Positions 38,763-48,411 of a stretch of 64,000 bases of DNA are shown here, one piece after another. The position numbers were made by a program, and so were the translations under genes. The notes beneath the pieces are model-generated. The model was given only the letters and a program-made list of their open reading frames with translations, was not told the DNA's origin and did no database searches. Source of the DNA: Candidatus Desulfovibrio intestinavium (GTDB taxonomy: Bacteria; Desulfobacterota; Desulfovibrionia; Desulfovibrionales; Desulfovibrionaceae); NCBI GenBank assembly GCA_019118345.1, contig DWZD01000051.1, positions 1,498 through 65,497 on the forward strand, in the 5' to 3' direction. Each line of letters starts with the position of its first letter. The stretch's first letter is position 1.

Positions 38763-38882
38763 GCGGAACCGCACGGAAGAGAGCCGCCGGAGACGCTTTA
38801 CTTTTCCGCTGAATACCGTCAAGCTGACAGCACTGAAAAAGCAACCTTTCCCGGGCGGATGCCAGAGTCGTGGAGGCTTGCC

Positions 38883-41800
38883 ATGCGCGTTCTCGCGTCG
38901 TTTCTGCTGCTGGCGGCGGTCATGCTGCTGCCCTGCGCCGTGGCCGAATGCGCCACCGCCAGAGAACCGGCCTACAAGGCCGTGACCCTTGTGCACAATT
39001 ACCCGTGGCCGGAAGGCCTGAGCCTCAGGTTCGCCACGGATGAACAGCTTTGCCGCGCCAAATACGGCCAAAACTGGCAAGTCAGGTGCGCGGCCGAGCT
39101 GGGCGAGCCGGGGGCAACCGCCACGGGCGTGCGCCTGACGCCGCCTCTTGACGGACATTGGGAATGGCGCCACAGCGGCCGGATGGATTTTGTGTTGGCT
39201 GCGGGGGAGGCGCCCGCTCCTGAGACGACCTACACGGTCGATCTGGAGGGCATGCGCCTGCCTGCGTCGGTGAAGCTCGACAAAACGCGCCTGTCCCTGC
39301 GCACGCCGCCTCTGAGCGTGCGCCTGCAGGAAGGGCGCTTCTGGGTGGATCCTTCGCCGCAGGCGCGGCACCGTCTGGCCGTCTCGCTGGAGTTCAACTT
39401 TCCCGTGGGCGCGAAGGAGCCGGTCATCCGCTGCAGCGCGCCGGGCGTGGCGTTCGGCGAGCCGGAGCGCGTCTGGAACGCCGCGCGCGATCGGCTGAAC
39501 CTGGCCTTCCCGGTGACGAAGCTGCCGTCGGAAACGGTCGAGGCGCGTATCGTGGTGGAAGGGCTGCCGTCGTTCAGCCCGGAGGACGGCACCCTGGGGC
39601 CCCGGGCGCAGGGGCAGGAAGGGGATACGGCCTTCCGCGTGAGCGTGACCGGCAGCCGTTCGCTTTTTGCCGTCAGGGCTGCCGCGCTGGAAATCGCCCC
39701 GGATGACAACCTGAACAAGGAATATGTGCTCACGGTCGAGACGTCGCTCTATGTCTCGCCGGAAGAGGTGTTGCGCCATCTTGACGTCCGGCAGCTGCCC
39801 CGCTTCAACACGCCGGCGGACAGCCGCCCCTACAACTGGCTTGCCGCACCGGTCGTGCCTGCCGAGGCTCTGGAACGGGGAAGGAAGCTCACGCCCGTTT
39901 CCCTCATGCCGGACAATACGCCCGTTTCCCGCCTGCGTTTCCGTCTGCCCGCCGAAGCGGACAGTTATCTGCTTGTCGGCGTCCATGAGCGGTGCGCCGC
40001 CGCATCCGGGCTGACGCTGGGCAAGCCCTGGCGGAAAATCCTGCGTGTGGGCAAGGCCGGGGCGGATCTGGACTTTCTCCAGCCCGGCAATGTCCTGTCG
40101 CTTTCGGGCGAAAATACGCTGGACATCTATGCCACCAATCTCGACGCCGTCCGCTGGGAGGCGCAACTTGTGCGCGACCCCTTCCTGGCCCTGCTGGCGC
40201 AGGGATCGAGCCGCTCATTCACCGAGCCGCTGGCGGAAAGCAATCTGGGCCTTGAGGCGCTGAGCGAAAGCGTCCGGGGGGAACTGCCCCTGCCTGCGGT
40301 CGCGCCGGGCGCGGCGCAATTTGCCGGGCTGAATCTGTCGCCGGTGCTGGATGCGGCGGGCAGCGATGCGCGCGGCCTTCTGCGCGTGAATCTCATCGGT
40401 CTCAAGGACGGCAAGGAAGCGGCCTTCGCCTCCCGCATGGTGCTGGTCACGGATCTGGGGCTGCTGGTGAAGCGCACGGCTCTGGGCGGCTATGACGCCT
40501 TTGTCCATTCCTTCCGCACGGGCCAGCCCGTGGCGGGAGTGCGGGTCAGCGTGCTCGGCGCCAACGGCAAGCCGGTGGCCGGCGGCAATACGGACGCGGG
40601 CGGGCATGTGGCCTTTCCGCCGCTCGGCGGGCTGGCGCGCGAGGGGCGGCCCGTGGCCGTGGTGGCGGAATACGCCGGCGGCAAGCGCGGGGATCTGGCC
40701 TGGCTGCCCCTGACCGACGTTTCGCGCGAGCTGAATTTTTCCGATTTCCCGGTGGGCGGCAAGTTGTCCTCGCCTGACGGTCTCATGGCCTTTGTCTTTG
40801 CCCAGCGCGGCATGTTTCGCCCGGGTGAAGTCCTGCATTTCGGCTGCGTGCTGCGGCGGGCCGACTGGGCCGCCCTGCCGCCGGATCTGCCCCTTGTGGC
40901 TCAGGTGCGCAATCCGCTGGGCAAGATTGTCCTGAAGCGCCCCTTCACCGCCGGCGAGAGCGGCATGGCCATCTTTGACTGGGCGTCGCCGGAAACGGCC
41001 CCCAGCGGCAGCTATACCCTGAGCGTGCTCACGGCCGGCGGAGCCGAGATGCTCGGCAGCACGCAGGTGCGCGTGGAGTCGTTTCAGCCCGACACGCTGG
41101 CCCTGAAGCTGGAACGCCCGGCAAGCAAGGGCTGGCTGGTCGTGGACGGCAAGACGCCGCCCCGTCTCGGCGCACGCTTGACGAATCTGCACGGCGCGCC
41201 TGCCGTCGGACACGCGGTGCGGGGGCAGGCGATCTTTGCGCCCGCGCGTTTTGTCTTCCCCGGCTGGGAGGAATTTACCTTTCTTGATCCGGCGCCCTTT
41301 GCCGGGACGGAGCAGCGGCGGGATCTGGCCGAGAGCCTGACCGACAAGGACGGCATGGCCGGTCTGACGCTGCCCGCCGGTCTGCCGGGGCTGGCCTCGG
41401 CGCGCTGCACCCTGTCCGTGGAGGGCTTCGAGGCGGGCGGCGGTCGGCCCACGGTCGCCCGTACGTCCTTCCTGATTTCTCCGCGCACATCCCTGCTGGG
41501 GTACCGCCCTGTGGGGGCGCTGACCAATCTGCAATTCATCCCGCAGCATGGCCGGGCCGAACTGGAATTTGTGGCCATCAATCCTGAGCTGGCGCGCATC
41601 CCGCTGGACGATCTGACCTTTTCCGTTTTCGAACGGCGGTATGTCACCAGTCTGGTGCGGGACGCCGCCGGCGACTTCCGCTATGACGAGACGCCCGTGG
41701 ATGCGCCCGTCAGCCGCGTGCGCCGGCAGGTGGGCGCGGAGGGGCTGCGGTTTGCGCTGGATACGGCGGAAGCCGGGGAATACCTGCTCGCCGTGCGGGA

Positions 41801-44432
41801 TGCCTCGGGCGCGCTGCTGGCCTCGGTGCCCTATGTGGTGGCCGGGGAGCGCCCCTTGCCGCCCGGGGCGGAGCTGGCCTCGGGCAGGATGCGCCTGCGT
41901 CTGGACAAGACGGCCTATGCGGCGGGCGAGACCATGCGGCTGGCCATGTCCCTGCCCTATGACGGCACGGGGCTGATCACCCTGGAGCGCGACGGCGTGG
42001 CGGCCTTTGCCTGGTTCACGGCCCGGGCGGGCGATACGGTGCAGCACCTGACCGTGCCCGAGGATTTCGAGGGGCGCGGATATGTGAACGTGTCCTTTGT
42101 ACGCGCCCCCGAGGCCGGCGCGGCCTATATGACCCCGCATACCTATGCGGTGGCGCCGTTCACGTCCAATATCCGGCAGCGCGACATGGGCCTGAGCATT
42201 GAGGCGCCGGAGAGCGCGCTGCCCGGAACCGCACTGCGCGTGACCCTGCGTGCCCGGCGGGCGGGCAAGGCCGTGCTCTTTGCCGTGGATGAGGGCGTGC
42301 TCCAGCTGACCCGTTTTGCCACGCCGTCCCCGCTGGACAGCCTGCTGGCGGATCGTGCGCTGGAGGTGCGCACCTTTCAGGCTCTGGATCTGCTCATGCC
42401 CCGGCGGCTTTCCCCCTTTGGCGGGGGCGACGGCGGCGGCATGGGCGGCGGACGCTTCCAAAATCCCTTCAAGCGGCGGGAAGAGCCGCCGGTGGCCACC
42501 TGGTCGGCCCTGCTGGATGTGACGCCGGAGGGCACGAGCGTGGAAATTCCCCTGCCGTCCTATTATAACGGCAAGCTGCGCCTCATGGCGGTGGGGGCCT
42601 CGCCCGGGGCGGCCGGTTCGGCGGCCCGGGCCAATACGGTGGCGGCCCCGCTGGTGCTGACGCCGCAACTGCCCCTGACGGTCTCGCCGGGCGATGTCTT
42701 TGCAGGCACGCTGGTGCTGGCCAATACCACGGATCAGCCGCTCAGGGCGGAAGTCGCGGCGGAGGCGGACGCGGGCCTTGCCTTCCTGAACGGGCTGCCG
42801 CCGGAAGCTGAGGTGGGCGCGCGGGCCGAGATCGTCTTGCCGTTCCGCATGCGGGCCGGGGAACAGCCCGGCGCGGCGGATGTGCGCTTCACGGCGCGGG
42901 GCGGCGACGGGACATATGCGCGCACGGCGTCCCTGTCCGTGCGTCCCGCCAGCCCCCTGCGCACCAGCGTGCAGGCCGGGAGTGCCGCGACGTCCGTCGA
43001 AGTGCCCGTGGTTCGGCGCGTACATGCCTGCGGGGCGCACAGCGCGGCCTCGCTGTCGGCTCTGCCCCTGCCGCTGGTGCGCGGTTTTGCCGACTATCTG
43101 CGGGCCTATCCCTACGGCTGCACGGAACAGCTCGTCAGCCGCGCCCTTGTCCGGGTGCTGCTGCGCGCTTATCCCGGCATCCTTGCGGACGAAAAGGAAA
43201 ATGAAGCCATCCTGGAATCTGCCATCGGCGCCATCCGCGAGCGGCTGACCCCTGACGGGCTGGCGCTCTGGCCCGACGGCCCGGCGGATCCCCTGCTCAC
43301 GGTCTATGCGGCGGACTTTTTGCTGGCGATGCGTGAAGCCGGGCGGGGCGGGGCCGAGGATCTGCTGCAGCAGGTCTGCGATGCGGTGGAGCGTGTGGCC
43401 GCCCTGAACGAGACTTCGCTGGCAGCGGCCCGCACGTCGGCCTATGCCATCTGGGTGCTGACCCGCGAGGGTCGCGTGACCACCCAGCTTCTGGAAAATC
43501 TGCGGGAGACCCTCGGGGAACGCAAGGTGGCGGACTGGGAGACGGATCTGACGGCCGTGCTCATGGCCGCGAGCCGCCGACAGATGCACATGCGGGATAG
43601 CGAGCCGCCCGCTGTGGTGGAATACCGTCCGGCGGGCTGGTTTGACGCGCTGGCCCAGCAGGCTCTGCACATGAGCCTGCTGGCGCGGCATTTCCCTGCG
43701 CAGTGCGCGGACGAGCACAGGAACGACCTGTTCGAGGCGGCGGTCATGGCCCTGCGGAGCGGCAGCTACGCCACCTTTTCCGCCGCCCAGGGGGCGCGGG
43801 CGCTGTTGGCCGTCGGCGCGGGCGCGGCGGCGGACATGACGCGCGCGCGGCTGACCTGCGTTGACGGGGACGGGGAGGCGCGCGAGGCCGTGCTGGCCGA
43901 GGGGATGCTGCTCACCGTGGACATGCCGCAATGCCGCCGCTATGCGCTGACCCTGCCCGCGGATTCGCCGCGCTGTTACTGGCAGGTGGCCACCACGGGC
44001 CATGACGTGCGGCCCCCGGACACGGCGGCGGCCAACGGCCTTGAGGTGAGCCGGGTCTATCTGGACGCGCAGGGCGAGCCGGTACAATCGGCGCGGCAGG
44101 GCGATGTGCTGACCGTGCGGATCAGCGTGCGTGCCCAGCGGCAGGCTGCGGCGGATTGCGTGATCAGCGATCTCTTGCCCGGCGGTTGCGAGATGGTGCT
44201 GCCGCGTCCCGGCGAGGCGGAAGCGGCGCAGCCGCAGGGCCTGAAGTTCGCCGAACGGCGGGAGGATCGCCTGCTGCTCTTTGCCGATGTGGGCCGGGAA
44301 GCCCTTGTCTATACCTATCGCATCCGCGCGGTGAATCGGGGAACCTTCCTTGTGCCGCCCATCGTGGCCCAAGCCATGTACGATCAGGCCTGCAACGGGC
44401 ACAGCGCCGCCGGAACGCTGGAAGTTCGCTGA
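38883..44432 (+). CDS. Bacterial alpha-2-macroglobulin family protein (YfhM-like) with intact thioester motif
   Basis: 1849 aa, N-terminal signal (MRVLASFLLLAAVMLLPCAVA). The thioester motif YPYGCTEQLVS has CTEQ at nt 43119-43130. Repeated MG-type beta domains. GGAGG RBS 7 nt upstream of the ATG 38883. Followed by pbpC, as in the E. coli yfhM-pbpC pair. Confidence 0.9.
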   Translation: MRVLASFLLLAAVMLLPCAVAECATAREPAYKAVTLVHNYPWPEGLSLRFATDEQLCRAKYGQNWQVRCAAELGEPGATATGVRLTPPLDGHWEWRHSGRMDFVLAAGEAPAPETTYTVDLEGMRLPASVKLDKTRLSLRTPPLSVRLQEGRFWVDPSPQARHRLAVSLEFNFPVGAKEPVIRCSAPGVAFGEPERVWNAARDRLNLAFPVTKLPSETVEARIVVEGLPSFSPEDGTLGPRAQGQEGDTAFRVSVTGSRSLFAVRAAALEIAPDDNLNKEYVLTVETSLYVSPEEVLRHLDVRQLPRFNTPADSRPYNWLAAPVVPAEALERGRKLTPVSLMPDNTPVSRLRFRLPAEADSYLLVGVHERCAAASGLTLGKPWRKILRVGKAGADLDFLQPGNVLSLSGENTLDIYATNLDAVRWEAQLVRDPFLALLAQGSSRSFTEPLAESNLGLEALSESVRGELPLPAVAPGAAQFAGLNLSPVLDAAGSDARGLLRVNLIGLKDGKEAAFASRMVLVTDLGLLVKRTALGGYDAFVHSFRTGQPVAGVRVSVLGANGKPVAGGNTDAGGHVAFPPLGGLAREGRPVAVVAEYAGGKRGDLAWLPLTDVSRELNFSDFPVGGKLSSPDGLMAFVFAQRGMFRPGEVLHFGCVLRRADWAALPPDLPLVAQVRNPLGKIVLKRPFTAGESGMAIFDWASPETAPSGSYTLSVLTAGGAEMLGSTQVRVESFQPDTLALKLERPASKGWLVVDGKTPPRLGARLTNLHGAPAVGHAVRGQAIFAPARFVFPGWEEFTFLDPAPFAGTEQRRDLAESLTDKDGMAGLTLPAGLPGLASARCTLSVEGFEAGGGRPTVARTSFLISPRTSLLGYRPVGALTNLQFIPQHGRAELEFVAINPELARIPLDDLTFSVFERRYVTSLVRDAAGDFRYDETPVDAPVSRVRRQVGAEGLRFALDTAEAGEYLLAVRDASGALLASVPYVVAGERPLPPGAELASGRMRLRLDKTAYAAGETMRLAMSLPYDGTGLITLERDGVAAFAWFTARAGDTVQHLTVPEDFEGRGYVNVSFVRAPEAGAAYMTPHTYAVAPFTSNIRQRDMGLSIEAPESALPGTALRVTLRARRAGKAVLFAVDEGVLQLTRFATPSPLDSLLADRALEVRTFQALDLLMPRRLSPFGGGDGGGMGGGRFQNPFKRREEPPVATWSALLDVTPEGTSVEIPLPSYYNGKLRLMAVGASPGAAGSAARANTVAAPLVLTPQLPLTVSPGDVFAGTLVLANTTDQPLRAEVAAEADAGLAFLNGLPPEAEVGARAEIVLPFRMRAGEQPGAADVRFTARGGDGTYARTASLSVRPASPLRTSVQAGSAATSVEVPVVRRVHACGAHSAASLSALPLPLVRGFADYLRAYPYGCTEQLVSRALVRVLLRAYPGILADEKENEAILESAIGAIRERLTPDGLALWPDGPADPLLTVYAADFLLAMREAGRGGAEDLLQQVCDAVERVAALNETSLAAARTSAYAIWVLTREGRVTTQLLENLRETLGERKVADWETDLTAVLMAASRRQMHMRDSEPPAVVEYRPAGWFDALAQQALHMSLLARHFPAQCADEHRNDLFEAAVMALRSGSYATFSAAQGARALLAVGAGAAADMTRARLTCVDGDGEAREAVLAEGMLLTVDMPQCRRYALTLPADSPRCYWQVATTGHDVRPPDTAAANGLEVSRVYLDAQGEPVQSARQGDVLTVRISVRAQRQAAADCVISDLLPGGCEMVLPRPGEAEAAQPQGLKFAERREDRLLLFADVGREALVYTYRIRAVNRGTFLVPPIVAQAMYDQACNGHSAAGTLEVR

Positions 44433-44504
44433 CGGGGCCGTATCCCGCCCGGGAGAGGGTACGGCCCGCCGCCCGGCGGAAAGAGCATTGCGAGGTAATG
44501 AGCC

Positions 44505-46886
44505 ATGCGCGGCCTCTCCGCTTTGTTGTCGTCCGTTGCCGCCTGTCTGCCGCGCTGGTTGCGGCGGGCGGCGGGCGCTATCGGTCTGACGGCGGCCTGC
44601 GGTCTGCTGGCATATGGCCTGCTGGGCCTGTGCGCGCCGCCGCCCCTGCTGGAGGGCGTGCCCTTTGGCCGTCTGGTGCTGGATGCGGAGGGGGGCATGC
44701 TGCGCCTTGCGCTGGCCGGGGATCAGGCCTACCGCCTGCGCGTCCCGCTGGATGCCGTCGCCCCGGAGGCGGTCAGGGCGACGCTGGCCTATGAGGATAG
44801 GCATTTTTTCGCCCATCCCGGGATCAATCCCCTTTCTCTGCTGCGGGCGGCTTGGGTCACCTATGCGGGCGGGGGGCGGCGCATGGGCGCGTCCACCATC
44901 ACCATGCAGGTGGCCCGCCTGCGCCTCGGCCTGAATACGACCGGCATTGCCGGAAAGCTGCGGCAGATCTGGGCGGCCCTGCTGCTGGAACGGCATTACG
45001 GCAAGCAGGAGATTCTGGAAGCCTATTTCAATCTTGCGCCCTACGGCGGCAACATAGAGGGCATCGAAGCCGCCGCGCGCATCTACTTCGGCAAGCCCGC
45101 CGCGCAGCTGACTGCGCTGGAAAGCCATGCGCTGGCCGTCATTCCGCAGAATCCCGTCCACCGCCATCCCCTGCATGGCCGCGACTTTGCGGCGGCGCGC
45201 GCCCGGCTGGAAGGCCTGCTGGCGGCGGAGGACGGCTCCGCCGGCGGCGCACAGCCTCTGGCCCTGCCGCCCCTGCGGGTGCGCTCTCCGGCGCATTTGC
45301 CCTTTGGTGCGCCCCATGTCTGCGCGGAACTGCTGGCCGATGCCGCCGCGCCGGATGCGCGGGGCGTCATTGCCGCCACCATCGAGCCGGATGCGCAGCG
45401 GCTGCTGGAGGATCAGCTGTCCGCCCTCACGGCCCGGGGGCGCGTCCGGGGCATCCGCAATGCGGCGGCCCTGCTGCTGCGGGCCTCGGACATGCGGGTC
45501 TGCGCCCTGGCCGGTTCCGCCGATTTCCTTGATGCGGCCATCGACGGGCAGGTGGACGGCAGCCGTGCCCGCCGCTCGCCCGGTTCGACGCTCAAGCCCT
45601 TCATTTATGCCCTGGCGCTGGAGCAGGGCCTGATCCATCCCATGACCCTGCTCATGGACAGTCCGCGCTCCTTTGGCGGCTATGATCCGGAAAATTTCGA
45701 CAAGGGCTTTCGCGGCCCCCTGCCTGCCCATGAGGCGCTCAAGGCCAGCCGCAACCTGCCCGCCATTGCGCTGGCGGAACGGCTGGCCGCGCCGGGGCTG
45801 TACGGCTTTTTGCGGCAGGCGGGCGTGGCCCTGCCCAGGACGCCGGAGCATTACGGGCTGGCCCTGGTGCTGGGCGGGGCCGAGGTCAGCATGCGGGAAC
45901 TGGCGGGCCTGTATGCCATGCTGCTCAATCAGGGCCTGTGGCAGCCGTTGCGCCTGCGCCGCGATGCGCCCGTTGTGGCGCCGCGCCGCCTGCTCTCGCC
46001 GGAAAGCGCCTATGTGACCCTGCGCATGCTGGAACGGGATGACCTGATCCTGCCCACCCGCCACGGGCCGCTGCCCCTGCGCTGCAAGACGGGCACGTCC
46101 AACGGCTTCCGGGATGCCTGGACGGCGGGGATCGTCGGGGAGTATGTGCTGGTGGTCTGGGTGGGCAATTTCGACAATCGTCCCAACCCCTATCTTGTGG
46201 GCGGGGAAGTGGCGTTGCCGCTTTTCCGGGATACGGCACGCGCTCTGGCGGCCCTGCGTCCGCTGCGCGATCCCCTGCCTGCCCGGCGGGCGGGCCTGAA
46301 CGTGACGGAAATTCCCGTGTGCACCGCCACCGGGGACGTGGACGTTTCCCGCTGTGCCGAAACCACGCAAAGTCTGTTCATTCCCGGGGTGTCCCCGTTG
46401 CGCGACAGCGGCATCCTGCGGCCCATCCTCATCGACAAGGCCACGGGCCTGCGGGCCTGCGAAGCGCGCGAGGGCGAGACCGAGGAACGCTATTGGGAGT
46501 TCTGGCCGTCAGATGCCCGCGAGCTTTTTGCCCGGGCGGGCATCCACAAGCCCCTGCCGCCGGACTGGCTGCCGCAGTGCCGCCGTCAGTGCGCCGAGGC
46601 CTCCCTCGCGCCCGCAGGCAGGCCGCCGCGCATCCTGCTGCCCAAGAAGCATGTGGCATATTATCAAACGCTTTCCGGCGACAATCGCAGCCTGCCGCTG
46701 CTGGCCGCCGCCGAGCCGGACGTGCGGCGCATTCACTGGTTTGCGGGCAGAACCTATCTGGGCAGCGCGGCGCCGGGCGAAGTGCTGCTCTGGCGGCCTT
46801 CGAGCGCCGGGATGGTGGACATTCTGGCCGTGGATGATCTGGGGCGCAGCGCGCGGCAGACATGCCGCATCCGCCTGACGCCCTAG
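44505..46886 (+). CDS. pbpC: Penicillin-binding protein 1C (glycosyltransferase/transpeptidase)
   Basis: The GT51 motifs are RATLAYEDRHFFAHPGINPLSLLRA and GASTITMQVARL. The transpeptidase motifs are SPGSTLKPF (SxxK) and KTGTS. There is also a C-terminal PbpC-specific domain. GAGGTAA RBS. Confidence 0.93.
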   Translation: MRGLSALLSSVAACLPRWLRRAAGAIGLTAACGLLAYGLLGLCAPPPLLEGVPFGRLVLDAEGGMLRLALAGDQAYRLRVPLDAVAPEAVRATLAYEDRHFFAHPGINPLSLLRAAWVTYAGGGRRMGASTITMQVARLRLGLNTTGIAGKLRQIWAALLLERHYGKQEILEAYFNLAPYGGNIEGIEAAARIYFGKPAAQLTALESHALAVIPQNPVHRHPLHGRDFAAARARLEGLLAAEDGSAGGAQPLALPPLRVRSPAHLPFGAPHVCAELLADAAAPDARGVIAATIEPDAQRLLEDQLSALTARGRVRGIRNAAALLLRASDMRVCALAGSADFLDAAIDGQVDGSRARRSPGSTLKPFIYALALEQGLIHPMTLLMDSPRSFGGYDPENFDKGFRGPLPAHEALKASRNLPAIALAERLAAPGLYGFLRQAGVALPRTPEHYGLALVLGGAEVSMRELAGLYAMLLNQGLWQPLRLRRDAPVVAPRRLLSPESAYVTLRMLERDDLILPTRHGPLPLRCKTGTSNGFRDAWTAGIVGEYVLVVWVGNFDNRPNPYLVGGEVALPLFRDTARALAALRPLRDPLPARRAGLNVTEIPVCTATGDVDVSRCAETTQSLFIPGVSPLRDSGILRPILIDKATGLRACEAREGETEERYWEFWPSDARELFARAGIHKPLPPDWLPQCRRQCAEASLAPAGRPPRILLPKKHVAYYQTLSGDNRSLPLLAAAEPDVRRIHWFAGRTYLGSAAPGEVLLWRPSSAGMVDILAVDDLGRSARQTCRIRLTP

Positions 46887-47096
46887 GGGCTGCCGCCGCC
46901 GGGGACAGCCTGGCCGGGGGTGGCCCCGCTCTGCCCCGATGCCTGCACGGCCCGCGTCCGCCGCCGGCGCGCGCGGGGGATCCTCTCGCCCGACCCATCC
47001 TTCCGCTTGGGGAGGGACGGGGCACACGCCTTCACCGCAAGCCATGCGGCGTTGCGCAGGGGCCGCGCCCGCCGCCAGCCGCGGCGTCACTCTCCA

Positions 47097-47873
47097 TCAA
47101 CTGAAGCCGTAGTAGTCCACATAGCTGACCAGATCCTCCACCGTATCCCGCAAGGGGCCGAGCATGGCGTTCACGAAGCCGTCAATGGGGCCATAAATGG
47201 TCTGCGTGACGCTCACGGCGTACTTGACCGGCACCTTTTCGCTCAGAATGGGAATGGCCAGCCCCTTGAGCGAGGGATAAAGCTCCCCGTCCATGACGGC
47301 ATATCCCCGCTTGCGCACTTCCTCCAGATCCCGCAGCAGCTGTTCCGGGCTGCTGGTCGTCTTTTCCGTGAAGGTGGCGAATTCCGTCCGCTGCAGGTAG
47401 GCGTTCAGATCCTTTTCCGGCAGATGGGCCAGAATGGCCTTGCCCAGGGCTGAACAATAGGCCGGCACTGATCGCCCGACGGAAAACTGGGCATAGCTGG
47501 AATTGGTGCTTTGCAGGCGGTAGACGATGTCCTTGCCGTTCCACATGCCGAGATTGCATATCCCGTTGTTGTCCTTGTTTTTCTTTGCCAGTTCATCCAG
47601 AAACTGGATGGCGATCTGATCAAAGTCGCGTTTGGGCAGGATGCCCTTGCCGAGTTTGGACAGTTTGTCGGTGAGCACATAGTTGTTGTGCTGATCCTTG
47701 TCCACATAGCCGTGCAGGCGCAGGGTACTCAGAAAACGATAGCTGGCGCTTTTCTGCATGCCCATGCGTTTGGCCACGCTGGTGACGGTGACGTGCTTCT
47801 CCTCAACGAGCAGCTCCAGGAGTTGCAGGCCTTTTTCAAATGTTTGCACATAGATGACGCTGTTCTTCCCCAT
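47097..47873 (-). CDS. IclR-family transcriptional regulator
   Basis: N-terminal wHTH (VQTFEKGLQLLELLVEEKHVTVTSVAKRMGMQKSASYRFLSTLRLHGYV) and a C-terminal IclR effector domain (GRSVPAYCSALGKAILAHL...YAVMDGELYPSLKGLAIPI). Divergent from the GRE operon. Confidence 0.9.
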   Translation of the reverse strand: MGKNSVIYVQTFEKGLQLLELLVEEKHVTVTSVAKRMGMQKSASYRFLSTLRLHGYVDKDQHNNYVLTDKLSKLGKGILPKRDFDQIAIQFLDELAKKNKDNNGICNLGMWNGKDIVYRLQSTNSSYAQFSVGRSVPAYCSALGKAILAHLPEKDLNAYLQRTEFATFTEKTTSSPEQLLRDLEEVRKRGYAVMDGELYPSLKGLAIPILSEKVPVKYAVSVTQTIYGPIDGFVNAMLGPLRDTVEDLVSYVDYYGFS

Positions 47874-47952
47874 TACGAAATCCTTTTCCCCTCAGGATGA
47901 CGATTTTCCTAGCAACAAGATAGCCTGTTTTGCTTTTCACGTCGATAAATCC

Positions 47953-47981
47953 TTGACAAAGTGTGGCCTGTAAACAATACT
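47953..47981 (+). promoter_or_regulatory. Candidate sigma70 promoter of the cupin-SDR-GRE operon
   Basis: TTGACA (47953-47958), 17-bp spacer, AATACT (47976-47981). Confidence 0.45.
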
Positions 47982-47988
47982 AGAAAAA

Positions 47989-48007
47989 AATTCACGATAT
48001 GTGAATT
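47989..48007. promoter_or_regulatory. Perfect inverted repeat between the -10 element and RBS (candidate operator)
   Basis: AATTCAC-gatat-GTGAATT, with 7-bp perfect arms, 12 nt upstream of the cupin ATG and overlapping the predicted transcription start region. Confidence 0.5.
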
Positions 48008-48019
48008 AAGGAGGCTCCC

Positions 48020-48379
48020 ATGCAAAAGGTGATTCAGCTCGGCGACAAGGGAACCCCGACCGAAGTCGTGGAGGCCCTCGCGCCCAACCCGCTGTCGGGC
48101 CATCCCGTCACCCGTGTGCGGCGGCAGTTTGTGCATCCCGCGGGGCTGGTGAACGCCGGCATCTGGGAGTGTGCCGCGGGCAGCTTCGAAATTCCCGCCC
48201 ACCCCAGCCATGAGATGTGCACCATCCTGGAAGGGGAGGCCGTCATCGAGCATGATGACGGCAGCCGTCTGCCGGTGAAGGCCGGGGACAGCATTCTCAT
48301 CCCCAAGGGGACGCGCAACATCTGGCATGTGTCCGAGCGCATCAGAAAAATATTCATGTGTTGTTTTGAACCGGAGTAG
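48020..48379 (+). CDS. Cupin_3 (DUF861)-type small cupin protein
   Basis: 119 aa. ...AGIWECAAGSFEIPAHPSHEMCTILEGEAVIEHDDGSRLPVKAGDSILIPKG... matches the GIWEC..G.F....HE.c.iLEG pattern of the EutQ/ureidoglycine-hydrolase-like cupin_3 family. AAGGAGG RBS. Confidence 0.8.
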   Translation: MQKVIQLGDKGTPTEVVEALAPNPLSGHPVTRVRRQFVHPAGLVNAGIWECAAGSFEIPAHPSHEMCTILEGEAVIEHDDGSRLPVKAGDSILIPKGTRNIWHVSERIRKIFMCCFEPE

Positions 48380-48411
48380 CCGCAAGCGCGGACAATCACG
48401 AGGAGGAAGCA

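Noticed and set aside
40215-46370. A 2051-aa ORF on the minus strand, together with the 1014-aa ORF at 37122-40166 (-).
   Set aside because: These are antisense shadow ORFs of the alpha-2-macroglobulin, pbpC and TunR-like genes. Their translations are Arg/Gly/Ala/Pro/Gln-rich low-information sequence with no recognisable motif. The plus-strand frames carry CTEQ, GT51 and SxxK/KTG signatures. Long stop-free antisense frames are expected in DNA of this G+C content.
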